Assembly (NCBI GenBank): GCA_963708295.1
Contig: CAVPSJ010000014.1
Coordinates: forward strand, 256,001 to 320,000
DNA: 64,000 nt
Reading direction: 5' to 3'
DNA from: an uncultured delta proteobacterium
GTDB taxonomy: Bacteria; Desulfobacterota; BSN033; UBA1163
The notes under the pieces were generated by a model. The model made no database searches. It saw nothing but the letters and a program-made list of their open reading frames with translations, and was not told the DNA's origin. The translations under genes and the position numbers were made by a program. The first letter of the stretch is position 1. Each line of letters opens with the position of its first letter. Below are positions 10,021 through 20,854 of the stretch, piece by piece.

Positions 10021-10255
10021 GGTTCAAGGATTCGAGGGGTCTAGGGTTCAAACACTTCATGGTCAACTATTCGATACGGTCCCTAACAAGGTCACTCGAC
10101 CGCTTGAATTCTTGAAATGAGGATTTCACTCGCCGGAACGTGTCCCGCAAGCCCCCTTGTAGGCGGGGTCAAGGGACACATATGAACGAAATTTCCTTCC
10201 GGGAAGCCCCGCCCTGTGGGCGGGGAGCTTCACCCTGGGCCCTTGCCCCCTCGAA
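10021..10255. repeat. Octamer-like repeat palindrome interrupted by a family A element
   Basis: GGTTCAAGGATTCGAGGGGTCTAGGGTTCAA left arm versus CACTCGACCGCTTGAATTCTTGAA and CCCTTGCCCCCTCGAAT right arm. Confidence 0.45.
10131..10233 (+). mobile_element. ~103-bp non-autonomous element with IS200/IS605-like right end (family A, copy 2)
   Basis: Two GC hairpins; ends GAAGCCCCGCCCTGTGGGCGGGGAGCTTCAC; second copy at 8541-8645. Confidence 0.72.
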
Positions 10256-11333
10256 TTATTGATATTTAAAGTACGTATGGCAGGTTCCTTCGATGGAGAC
10301 CATGCAGGGACCGATCGGGTTCTCGGGATGGCAGACTTTTTTGAACAACCGGCATTCCAGAGGAGTTTTGATCCCCTGAAGCACCTCTCCGCAAAGGCAA
10401 TCCGGATGCTCTTTCACCGGTTCCACATCCACCTCGAACTTCCTGACATCCATCTCTTTGTAAGACTCTCTGAAACGGTACCCGCTGTCCGGAATCAGTC
10501 CGAGACCTCTCCAGCGGCCCTCATCCTCTTCGAAGACCTCGTAGATCTTGCTCAGGGCCGTTGGATTCCCTTCTTCGTGGACGACCCTTCGATACTGGAT
10601 CTCGACGGCCGCCCGGTCCTCTTCGATCTGTTTGACGAGCATCCAGATTCCCTGAAGGATATCCAGCGGTTCAAAGCCGGTGATCACCGCGGGTCGTCCG
10701 AACTCTCTTGCGATGAATTGATAGGGATGTGTCCCAAGGATTGTGCTCACATGGCCGGGAAGGATCAAGCCATCGATCTTCACCTGCTTTGCTTGCAGGA
10801 GCGCGATGAGGGCAGGAGGGACCCGCTTCTGGCTGTTCAAGAAAAAGAGATTCCGTAACTCTTCTTCTTTGGCCCGGAGGATCGCCACGGCAATGGTAGG
10901 GGAAGTGGTTTCGAAACCGATGGCCAGGAAGACCACTCTCTTTCCCGGGATTCTCGTTCGCTATCTTTAATGCATCGAGAGAAGAGTAAACGATTCGGAT
11001 GTCTCCTCCCTCGGCCTTCTCCTTCTGCAGGCTCGACGTCGAGCCGGGGACTCTCATCATGTCGCCGAAGGTTGCGATGATCACATCCTTCTGCCTGGAG
11101 ACGGCGATGGCGAAATCGATATCGTGATTGGGAGTGACGCAGACGGGGCAGCCCGGGCCGGAGATCAGCCGGATCTGCTCCGGAAGGATTCCTCTGATCC
11201 CGTACCGAAAGATAGAGACCGTGTGAGTTCCGCAGACCTCCATCAACTGAATGGGACGGGAGGAAGTCTCCTGGATCTTCCGGATCAGTCCTGCGGCAAT
11301 CTCTTTGTCACGAAACTCATCCATGAACTTCAT
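10256..11333 (-). CDS. hypD: Hydrogenase maturation protein HypD (frameshift near 10935)
   Basis: MEVCGTHT, GPGCPVCVTP, GFETT, PGHVS, GFEP, PCMVSIEGTC. Confidence 0.94.
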
Positions 11334-11376
11334 ATCGATCCCTCAGGGTGAAATCCCCTCCTCGAGTGGTCGCGTC

Positions 11377-11595
11377 TCACGTCGCTTCCGCCAGTTGCCT
11401 CAAAAGCTCGAACGTCTCCTTTGCTTCTTCCTCATCCACCTTCTGGATCGCAAATCCCGTGTGGATGAGAACATATTCCCCTACGGAAACATCCGGACAG
11501 AGGTCGAGCGAAACCTCTCTCAAAAGACCGCCCACGTCCACCTTCGCCACATTCTTCTCAATCTCGATGACTTTTCCGGGAATCGCTAAGCACAT
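11377..11595 (-). CDS. hypC: Hydrogenase chaperone HypC
   Basis: MCLAIPG N-terminus, VLIHTGFAI. Confidence 0.96.
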   Translation of the reverse strand: MCLAIPGKVIEIEKNVAKVDVGGLLREVSLDLCPDVSVGEYVLIHTGFAIQKVDEEEAKETFELLRQLAEAT

Positions 11596-13864
11596 TGAAA
11601 TAACCTCATCTGGGCAATCACGGCCTGTCCCAATGAAATGCCCCCATCATTGGTGGGGACAAGATGGTGGGTATAGACATCAAACCTTGAACTTCTTAAG
11701 CCCTCCGTGACGAGGGAAAGGAGAAAGATATTCTGGAAGACGCCTCCGCTCAGAACGACACGGTTCAACCCATGCCTCGGATCGAATGGCCTCGCAGGTC
11801 GCGATAATCAGGCTGGCGATCGTACGATGGAATTTCCCCGAGATGATGGATGAGGACACCCCCGCAATCATATCACGAACGATCCCTCTAATCATCTCGG
11901 TCGGATCAATCGTCATTGGGCTCTCGATCTTTCTCGGTATGGAAAGGATATTCCTCTTTCACCCCGGGGTCGGCGATCTTCTCCAGTTCGATGGCGGCCT
12001 GTCCTTCATAGCGAACTTCATCTCTGATGGATAAAAGGGATGAGACCGCATCGAAGAGGCGGCCCATGCTCGAAGTCAGCGGGCTGTTGATCTTCTTTCC
12101 GATCGCCTTTGTCAGGATGTCCCATTTCTGCAGGTCGATCCTTTTCATCAGACCGATTCTCAATCGGGTGGCTTCCTCTCCAAAGGCCTCTGAAAGATAG
12201 ACCATGGCCATTCTCCATGGTTCTTTGATGGCCATGGAACCCCCGGGCATGGGGACTTTCTTCAGATGGGCCAATCGATCAAAGTCTCTCAGATTTGCCT
12301 TAATAAATTCACCCCCCCAGAGGGTGCCGTCCAATCCAAACCCCGTCCCATCCAGCGCGACTCCGATGACGTCCCCCTCTATTCCGTTCTCCACCATCGC
12401 ACTCACGATGTGGGCGTGATGATGCTGGACGCCGATCTTCGGAATATTCGGAATCGAAAGGGCATACTGGGTGGAGAGGTAGTCCGGATGAAGGTCATAG
12501 GCGACGGCCTTGGGTTCAATGTAGAAGAGTTTCTTAAAATGTTCGATTCCTTCCTCAAAAGAGGTGAGGGTTTCGAGATTCTCGAGGTCTCCGATGTGAT
12601 GACTCAGAAAGGCGTAATTCTCGCGAGTGAGGCAAAAGGTGTTTTTCAATTCTCCCCCACAGGCCAGGATCATTTCAAGGGGGAAGGAGAGTTTGATAGG
12701 GAAAGGGACATAACCTCGTGACCTTCGAAGGATATAAGGTTTCCCTTCAAAGATCCTTGTCACCGAATCGTCACACCTCATGTGGATCTCACGGTTGTGA
12801 AAGAGGAAATAGTCGGCGATCCTGGAGAGACGGTGAAAAGCCTCTTCATTGTTATAGGAGATGGGCTCGTCACTCACATTGCCGCTTGTCATCACCAAAG
12901 TCTTGAGGGGACCGTTGAGAAGAAGGTGGTGAAGCGGCGAGTAAGGAAGCATGACTCCAAGGGTATCCTGATAAGGAGCAACCGCGCCGGCGACCGGAGA
13001 GATTTCTCTCCTTCTCAGAATGACGATGGGTCTCTCGACGCCCAGCAGTAACTTCTCCTCTTCTTCGCTGACCTCACAGTGTTCCTTCACTTCCTCAAGA
13101 TCTCGGCACATCACGGCGAAGGGTTTATCCTCTCTAAATTTTCGGGATCTCAAGGAGGAGACCGCGTCCTGATTCCTTGCGTCACAGGCAAGATGAAACC
13201 CTCCCAGGCCCTTGATCGCTACAATCCTCCCTGCCGCGAGAAGATCCAGGGTCTTCTCAACCGGATCTCCGGGGACGGCTTGACCTGCGCGATCCTCCAG
13301 TCGAAGCGAAGGACCGCAGGCAGGGCAGGCGTTCGGCTGGGCGTGAAACCGCCGGTCCCTTGGGTCTTCATACTCCTTCCGGCAGACGGGGCACATGGTG
13401 AAAGGGGCCATGGTTGTTTTATGGCGATCGTAAGGGATGTCCTGAATGATGGTGAATCTCGGGCCACAGAGGGTGCAGTTGATGAAAGGATATCGGTATC
13501 GAAAATTCCCGGGTGAGAAAAGCTCGGAAAGACACGGATCGCAGGTGGCCAGGTCGGGAGAGATGAGGACGAATTTCTCTTGAGCCTCTTCGCTCTTTCT
13601 TATTTCAAAAAGGGTGTAGCCCAGAGGTTCAAGGTATTTGATATCAAACGATTCAATCCGGGCGAGGGGTGGCGCGAGCTTGGGAATATTCTGAATGAAG
13701 ACGTCGAGGTTTCCGTCTTCGCTTTCGGCATCGATAAAAACCCCCTTTTCGTTGTTGAGGACCCACCCGCGGATGGAATAGGCTTCGGCAAGACCGTAGA
13801 TAAAGGGCCTGAACCCGATTCCTTGAACCATGCCGGTAATCTTGATCTCCGCCCGCTTCACCAC
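11586..13864 (-). CDS. hypF: Carbamoyltransferase HypF (frameshifts near 11915 and 11775)
   Basis: Acylphosphatase domain VQGIGFRPF, Zn-finger CxxC motifs, HHHAH, TSSMGRLFD, GGVFQN, PTNDGGISLGQ. Confidence 0.94.
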
Positions 13865-14036
13865 TTATTTTTAACACTCTTTTAAGACCACTTCAATGCC
13901 GGTGTCGCGCGGCTTTGCAGCCCTATTTACATCTCGTGGGAATTCGATTAGATTGTTAAAAGGTGCTTTTCCTTCCGTGCAACAAAGAATCGTTCGAAAA
14001 CTGAGCGATTCATTTATCCCTAATCCTAGAAGAAAG

Positions 14037-16505
14037 ATGAAACGAAATCGGGTTCTTGTCACACTGACGGCCGTCTTGCTGGCGGTTGTTTCTCTCCTGA
14101 CGCTTCACCTTCACTATGAAGGCATCCGGGAAGTTCTTTCTCAGTTTGAGAAGGATCAACTCTCTTACGCCAAACATCTTTCCAACCAGATCCAATTCTA
14201 TATCCAGGCCCGTTCACGAGGATTGAGGGCCCTCTCGTCATTCGCCTCTCTCCAACACGGAGACAGGAACAGGCAGAGGCTGGATATCGAAGCTTACGCC
14301 AATAAAATAGAGAAAGTTTATGTCAAATCGATTTCGCTCTACGATGAATCGGGAACCGTCGTCTATTCCACAGATCGGGAATCCATCGGCTTGAAGAAGA
14401 GAGAAGATAAATTCTTTGCCTGGGCACAAAAAAGTGAAAACAGGGACAAAATTTCACTGACCCCCGTTCTTTCTGAACCGCAATCTCTCACGTTTATCCT
14501 TGCCATTCCCCTGTATCAGGAGGTCTCAGATTCCAGGCATCCTAAGCCGGATGGGAGATTTCGCGGTGTTCTTACGTTTACTTTAGATATGAAAGAATTT
14601 CTCGTCGATCAGTTGGGCTCCGCAGACCCTAAAATGAATCTTGATCAAGTCTGGATCATGGATAAGGACGGGACGCTCCTGTTTGAACCCGATCATCCGG
14701 AGATGGTGTTCCGAAATATCTATCAGAAAGGGGGAAGCTGCCGTTCGTGTCACCTCTCTTTTAACTACATTGAAGAGATTTTGATGAAAAGGGAAGGGAC
14801 CGCCGACTATAAGATAAAGAACCATCCAAAGAAGATCGCTGCCTTTGCTTCCATGGAGTTCGAGAATGTCTCCTGGGTGGTCGTTGTGAATACCCCCTAC
14901 GATAAGGTGACCGGTTTTGTGGACAGAAGTCTGCGAGAGCACCTGTTCCTTCTCGGGATCGTTGTCTTAGCCTTTGCGATCGGTTCTGCACTCGTCGTCC
15001 GTAAGGAACGAATGAAGATCAAGGCAGAGGAAGAGGTGTTGCGCTGGCAGGAAAAAATGGCGGATCGCAGAAAGGCGGAGGAGGCCCTGGAAGGTGAAAG
15101 GAATAAACTCAAAGGAATCCTGGATTCGATGAACGACGGCGTTTACATCGTCAACCAGCAGTATGAGATCCTCTATACGAATCCCGTGATAGAGAAAGAA
15201 TTTGGTCCGGTCAAGGGACGCAAGTGTCATGAGTACTTCTACGATCTTCCTAACGTCTGCTCCTGGTGCAAGAGCAAAGAGGTCTTTGCCGGGAAAGACG
15301 GTCCGATGGGAATGGTATTCCCTAAAAACCGGCAAGACCTACGATCTCTTTGATACACCGATGATGGGTCCGGATGGAACCCTATGCAAATTGCAGTTCA
15401 GCCGCGACATCAGCGACCGGAAGAGGGCGGAAAAGGCGCTCCGGCAAAGCGAGAAACGCTATCGCATGTTGGTCGAGACGATGAACGAAGGGCTGGGAGT
15501 GCAGAATGAGCATGGAGAGTGGATCTACGTGAATGATCGGTTCTGTGAAATGTTGGGATACTCCAGAGATGAAATGATCGGCCGGCCGGTGACGGATTTC
15601 CTTAGCGAGAATGATCGGATCATCTATAAGGAACAGGTGGCCAGGCGAAGAAGGGGGGAGCGTGAATCTTACGGGCTTTCATGGTTAAAGAAAGACGGGC
15701 AGATGATTTTTACACGGGTCTCCCCGAAGGCCATTTTTGACGAGCGCGGTCAATTTAAAGGCAGCTTTGCCGTGGTCACCGACATCACGGAGCGAAAACG
15801 AGCGGAGGAGGCGTTGAAGGAATCGGAGAAGCAGCTTCGGCATCTCTCCTCCCAGCTCTTGACGGCTCAGGAAACAGAACGAAAGCGAATTTCGAGGGAA
15901 CTCCATGATGAATTAGGACAATCCCTGACGGTCATGAAACTCCGGCTCAATTTTATCGAAAAGAATCTGTTGGAACATCAGACAGATCTCAAGCAGGAAT
16001 GTGAATATGGCATCCAGTACATCGACCAGGTCATTGAAAATATCCGTCGTCTTTCAAGGGACTTAAGCCCCACCATCCTCGAGGATTTTGGGCTCTCGGC
16101 AGCCCTTCGATGGTTGATAAACAATTTTGCCAAGAGTTACAATATCCGGGTGATTCTGGATATGATCGATATCGATTCCTTGCTTCCCCGGGATTCTCAT
16201 GTCGTCGTTTACAGAACCGTACAAGAAGCCCTGACGAATATCGGAAAGCACTCCCGAGCGAAGAATGTGTCAGATCGCCGTCAATCTGAGATGACAGCTT
16301 CGGTTCTATTTTCCATTCAGGATGACGGAATAGGATTTGATGAGAAGAGGGTAACTGCGAAAAATCCTGAAGAAAGAGGGTTGGGTTTGGCAACGATGAA
16401 GGGACGGGCGCAGATGGTAGGAGGAGTCCTCAACATACGGACCCAGGAAGGAAAAGGAACCTCATCACGTTGAGCATCCCGATGAAGCGAGGAGAAACCC
16501 GGTAA
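14037..16505 (+). CDS. Membrane sensor histidine kinase (extracytoplasmic Cache-like domain with CxxCH, two PAS domains, HisKA_3 kinase); frameshifts near 15290, 16270 and 16465
   Basis: Two TM helices, SCRSCH, PAS motifs, ERKRISRELHDELGQ, QEALTNIGKHS, DDGIGF, GLGL; restored stop overlaps the regulator ATG. Confidence 0.88.
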
Positions 16506-17155
16506 TGGCACCTTATCGCATTGCATTGGCCGATGATCATGTCTTGGTCCGGCAGGGTCTGAGAAGGATTCTCGAGGGAATGGCCGATCTGGAGGTGATC
16601 GGAGAAGCAAATGATGGCCTCGAGCTGCTCAATCTCCTGAACCAGGTGACGCCTCACATGGTGATCCTTGACATCTTCATGCCAAATCTCCGAGGAATCG
16701 AGGCGATTCATGAGATCAAGAAAATCCATCCCGACGTGAAGGTATTGATTTTGACGATGCATAAAGACAAGGAATATCTTTACCTGTCCCTCTCTGCCGG
16801 GGCAAAAGGATACTTGCTTAAAGAAGATGCGGATAAGGAACTCTTTTCTGCGATCGAGAAGGTCCGCCAGGGAAAGACTTACATCTCCCCTTACTTCTCA
16901 GAGGAGGTCGTCGATGATTTGGTGCAGATCGGCAAGGGGGATACGAAGACGATTTTTGAGATGGACCCACTGACACCCCGTGAAAGAGAGGTCTTGAAGC
17001 TGATCGCCGAGGGAAAATCGAGCAAAGAAATTGCCAATCTTCTCTTCATCAGCGTTTCCACCGTAAATAACCATCGCGCGAGTATCATGGAGAAACTGAA
17101 CTTGAATAAAGCCACCGATCTCGTCAAATACGCCATCCGAAAGGGTTATGTTTGA
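16505..17155 (+). CDS. NarL/LuxR family response regulator
   Basis: REC domain (ADDH, ILDIFMP, GYLLK) plus LTPREREVL LuxR HTH. Confidence 0.95.
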   Translation: MAPYRIALADDHVLVRQGLRRILEGMADLEVIGEANDGLELLNLLNQVTPHMVILDIFMPNLRGIEAIHEIKKIHPDVKVLILTMHKDKEYLYLSLSAGAKGYLLKEDADKELFSAIEKVRQGKTYISPYFSEEVVDDLVQIGKGDTKTIFEMDPLTPREREVLKLIAEGKSSKEIANLLFISVSTVNNHRASIMEKLNLNKATDLVKYAIRKGYV

Positions 17156-17201
17156 TTCATCCTTCCCGATTCATTTCATCATTCCCTCGTTTCGGCACCC
17201 T

Positions 17202-17272
17202 ATAGTTATTTCTAATCATCCGAAAATAGTTATTTCTGGGGATTGATCCCGACTCCTCAACCTTGGTACAAA
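17202..17272 (+). promoter_or_regulatory. Direct-repeat operator plus sigma70-like promoter upstream of mvhG
   Basis: ATAGTTATTTCT-N12-ATAGTTATTTCT, then TTGATC-N18-TACAAA with TG extension; near-identical module at 20002-20071. Confidence 0.7.
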
Positions 17273-17386
17273 GGGAGCATCCTGTCGAAATATCCCAAGA
17301 TCCATGTATGTCAGCGGCGGAAGATGAGGATGGACAAAAGATAAGAGTCGGCTGCTGCATATTAAATCTAGGAAGGAGGTAAGGCT

Positions 17387-18331
17387 ATGGCGGTAAATGT
17401 CGTGGAAGATTGGTTGAACGCCTGCTCCGGTTGCGAGATTTCCATTCTCAATATTGGAGACCCCCTGCTGGACCTGTTGCCTCAATTGAACTTTGTCCAC
17501 ATAACGGCCCTGATCGATCACAAGTTTTTTGGTCAGCTGGGCGAGGGGACGGCCATGGAGGTTCCCGAGGCTGTGGTGGGCATCGTGTCCGGCGGCGTCC
17601 GTAACGAAGAGCAAAAACACGAATTACAGGAGATCCGCAAAAAGACCAAGTTTCTCATCTCCCTGGGCAGTTGCGCCTGCTTCGGCGGGGTACCGGCCCA
17701 GGCCAACATGTGGAAAAATGACGATGTCTTTGAAAAGGTGTTTCGCCAAAGCCCTTCCACCAATCCCTCCCCTAACCCGGAAGACCCCAATGTGCCGAAA
17801 TGGACTCCTACCTGCGCCGCGGTGGATGAAGTCGTCAAAGTGGACATCAGCATCCCCGGTTGTCCTCCCCACCCCGACTGGATTGCCGAGGCCGTCACCG
17901 CCCTGCTCCAGGGCAAGACCTCCTGGAGCCTGCCTGAGCGGAGCGTGTGCGACACCTGCCCGGTCATTCGGGAACAGAAGTCAGGCGGCGGCCCGGTCAA
18001 ACGCTGGCTGCAGAACATGGAATTTAACCCGGAAGAGGGCCTGGAGAAGATGCGCTGTATCAACGAGCAGGGTTACCTCTGCATGGGCACGGTGACGCTG
18101 GCAGGCTGCGCCGGCAAAACCGGGGTGCCCCGGTGTATTCAGGCCCGGACTCCCTGCCGGGGCTGTTTCGGACCCATCCGCAAGGGAGCCCAGCCCATGG
18201 TGGATATGATGGGCGCCCTGAGCTCAGTGGGGCTGGACCCCAAATCGATGCTGGATCGGCGGGCCATGATGAACCGTTATATCGGCGGCCATGGCAACCT
18301 GAAGGTGCTGCCGGCGCGACCGGCGAAATGA
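17387..18331 (+). CDS. mvhG: Group 3c hydrogenase small subunit (MvhG/VhuG-like)
   Basis: CSGCEIS, GSCACFGG, PGCPP, VCDTC, CMGxxTxAGC, CRGCFG; no Tat signal. Confidence 0.9.
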   Translation: MAVNVVEDWLNACSGCEISILNIGDPLLDLLPQLNFVHITALIDHKFFGQLGEGTAMEVPEAVVGIVSGGVRNEEQKHELQEIRKKTKFLISLGSCACFGGVPAQANMWKNDDVFEKVFRQSPSTNPSPNPEDPNVPKWTPTCAAVDEVVKVDISIPGCPPHPDWIAEAVTALLQGKTSWSLPERSVCDTCPVIREQKSGGGPVKRWLQNMEFNPEEGLEKMRCINEQGYLCMGTVTLAGCAGKTGVPRCIQARTPCRGCFGPIRKGAQPMVDMMGALSSVGLDPKSMLDRRAMMNRYIGGHGNLKVLPARPAK

Positions 18332-18344
18332 GGAGGTGAAACGC

Positions 18345-19788
18345 ATGAGCAAAGTGATCAATATTCAGCCAGTAACCCGGATCGAAGGCCACAGCAGGGT
18401 AGCCATCACCCTGGATGATGCAGGCAATGTTGTCGATACCAAGGTTCATGTCCAGACCTTGCGCGGCTTTGAGAAATTTTGCGAAGGTCGGCCGGTAGAG
18501 GAGATGCCCCGGACGGTCTGCCATATCTGCGGCATCTGCCCCTGGGCCCATCACCTGGCCTCCAGCAAAGCGGCGGATGGCTGTTTCGGCGTTACACCGC
18601 CACCGACCGCGGTGAAATTGCGCCGCCTGATGCAGAGCATCGCTTACGTGAGCGATAAAATCCTCAATTTTTACTTTCTGGCGGCTCCCGACTTTGTCAT
18701 CGGTCCCGACGCCGACTATTCGGTGCGCAATGTGGTGGGCATCCTCCAGGCCGCCCCGGACATTGCCAAGAAGGTGGTGCATATGCGCCATTTGGGGGCC
18801 CAGATGCTGGAGGGGTTTGCCGGTCGGGCCATCCATCCCACCTTCTCCGTGCCGGGCGGGGTGAGCAAACCCCTCACCGAAGCCGATCGCGCAGAAGATG
18901 CTTCCCCCGGCCCAGGAGCTGCTGGAGTTCGCCAAGTTCTCCATCAAGTTCGCCAAGGAGAATGTCTTCCCGAAGTACCTGGATGCCATCAAATCCATCG
19001 GCGTCATCAAGGTGGGCTACCTGGGCACCGTGCGGGAGGATGGGGCGCTCGATTTCTATGACGGCAAGCTCCGGATGATGAAGCCGGACGGCTCCTACGA
19101 AGATTTCAAATACGACCAGTACCTGGATTACATCGGCGAATGGGTGGAGTCCTGGTCCTATCAGAAGTTCCCCTACGCCAAAAAATGGGGCAAACTCAAC
19201 CTGTCATTGGAGAACCCCGTCGGGGTGTACCGCACCAACTGTCTGGCCCGTATCAACGTGGCCGACAAGATGGCAACCCCCCTGGCCCAGGCCGAGCTCG
19301 AGGAGTTCCGGGCTGCCTTTGGCCGGCCGGCCCACTACACCTTGCTCTACCACTACGCCCGCCTGATCGAACTCCTGCAGGCGGCGGAAACCGTGGTGGA
19401 ACTCCTGAACGACCCGGAGATCACCAGCACCAATATCCGGGTACCGGTTACGGCCAAAGCGGGCCGGGGCGTGGGTTGCGTCGAGGCCCCCCGGGGCACC
19501 CTGATCCACGATTATGAGTGCGACAATGACGGCCTGATCACCAAGGTGAACCTGATTGTGGGCACGACCCACAACAACGCCGCGATCAATCTCTCGGTGA
19601 ATCAGGCGGCCAAAGAGTTCATCAAAGAGGGCAAGTACGACCAGGGAATCCTGAACAGGGTGGAGATGGCCATACGCGCCTACGACCCCTGACTGAGCTG
19701 CGCCACTCACCGCCTGGATGGCGGTATGGCCATAGATCTCACCATCCTGGATCTCCAGGGCCGGGTGATCGATACTCTCAGTAAGTAA
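18345..19788 (+). CDS. mvhA: Group 3c hydrogenase large subunit, probable selenocysteine-containing [NiFeSe] (UGA at 19690-19692); frameshift near 18890
   Basis: TRIEGH, RGFEKF, L1 ICGICP, EAPRGTLIH; L2 reads RAYDP-UGA-LSCATH followed by a 25-residue extension to TAA 19788. Confidence 0.88.
19702..19730 (+). other. Putative bacterial SECIS hairpin
   Basis: GCCA.ctc.ACCGCC-TGGAT-GGCGGT.a.TGGC stem-loop; loop starts about 23 nt after the UGA with a G in its first two positions. Confidence 0.7.
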
Positions 19789-20001
19789 GAATGGTTGGTT
19801 TGGATGGAGGCCGGGGCCGCAGGCGTTGTTACGGAGAGCGGGCCCCCGGCCCAAAGGGGACCTGCCCGGCTGGATGGAAGAATGCCCAGCCGGGCACTTT
19901 TTTACCCTGTCACCGACCAAACCTAAATCCTCTCGATCTTCGATCAAAAGGTTTTCTTGCTAAACTTGAGGTCTGGCCGCATTCTTAGCTTGCTCTATTC
20001 C

Positions 20002-20071
20002 ATAGCTATTTCTAATCACCTAAAAATGATTATTTCTGTGGATTGATCCAGAAGTGTCGGTTTGCTACAAA
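20002..20071 (+). promoter_or_regulatory. Second copy of the operator/promoter module
   Basis: ATAGCTATTTCT-N12-ATGATTATTTCT, TTGATC-N17-TACAAA with TG extension. Confidence 0.7.
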
Positions 20072-20099
20072 GAAAGCGTTAACAGAGGAGAGACTGTTC

Positions 20100-20501
20100 A
20101 TGGTCCCTTACCGGATTGTCCTGGCAAATGATCATATGCCCCTCCGGGAATGCTTGAAGAGGATTCTGAGGGAAAAATCCGATCTGGAGGTCATCGGGGA
20201 AGCTGAAAGCGGTTCCGAACTCCTTAACCTCTTGAAATTGAGCGAATTAGCTCCCCAGATGGTCATTCTGGACCCGTCCATGCCGAATTTCCACGGAATC
20301 GATACGATCCGTAAAGTGAAGACGATCCACCCTGAAATAAAAGTGCTCATCCTGAGCATGCACAAAGATAAGGAATACCTCAGCCAGGCTATTCTTGAAG
20401 GAGCCGAGGGCTACTTAATCAAAGAGACTGTTGATAAGGAGCTCCTGCCGGCCATTGAAATGATTATGCGGGGAAGAATCTATGTTCCTCCTTTCCCCTG
20501 A
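20100..20501 (+). CDS. Stand-alone receiver-domain protein, paralog of the 16505 regulator lacking the HTH
   Basis: ATG 20100 after GAGGAG; aligns with the regulator N-terminus (PYRI.LA.DH, MVILD..MPN, MHKDKEYL) and stops after the REC domain. Confidence 0.85.
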   Translation: MVPYRIVLANDHMPLRECLKRILREKSDLEVIGEAESGSELLNLLKLSELAPQMVILDPSMPNFHGIDTIRKVKTIHPEIKVLILSMHKDKEYLSQAILEGAEGYLIKETVDKELLPAIEMIMRGRIYVPPFP

Positions 20502-20574
20502 AAAGATTCTAAATTTCGCAACGAGACTTCGACAGGGAAAAGAAAGAAAAACTTAACTGGAGGGGTAATCCAAC

Positions 20575-20772
20575 ATGCCCAGTGATGCGATTCTAATGAA
20601 CGGAAAGAAGTTTATGTGGGATGGCGTTGATTATCCGGATGGAGAAAAAGCTTCGGAGAAGACGCAGAAGTACAAAGCGGAAGGGTTCGAAGTTGAGGTA
20701 TACGAAGAGGAAGGAAAAACTTACCTTTACACGAGAAGAGTTGTCAAACATGTTGTTGTCTCCAACGCTTAG
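20575..20772 (+). CDS. Small hypothetical protein within the hydrogenase cluster
   Basis: 65 aa, GGAGGGG RBS, protein-like composition (KKFMWDG...YLYTRR). Confidence 0.75.
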   Translation: MPSDAILMNGKKFMWDGVDYPDGEKASEKTQKYKAEGFEVEVYEEEGKTYLYTRRVVKHVVVSNA

Positions 20773-20854
20773 GATTTCTAATCTAGATCGGAAGACTCTA
20801 TCAGGGATTTGGATTTCGTCGTGGGAGTCCTCGTTTGGGGGTTAGAGAGACGCT

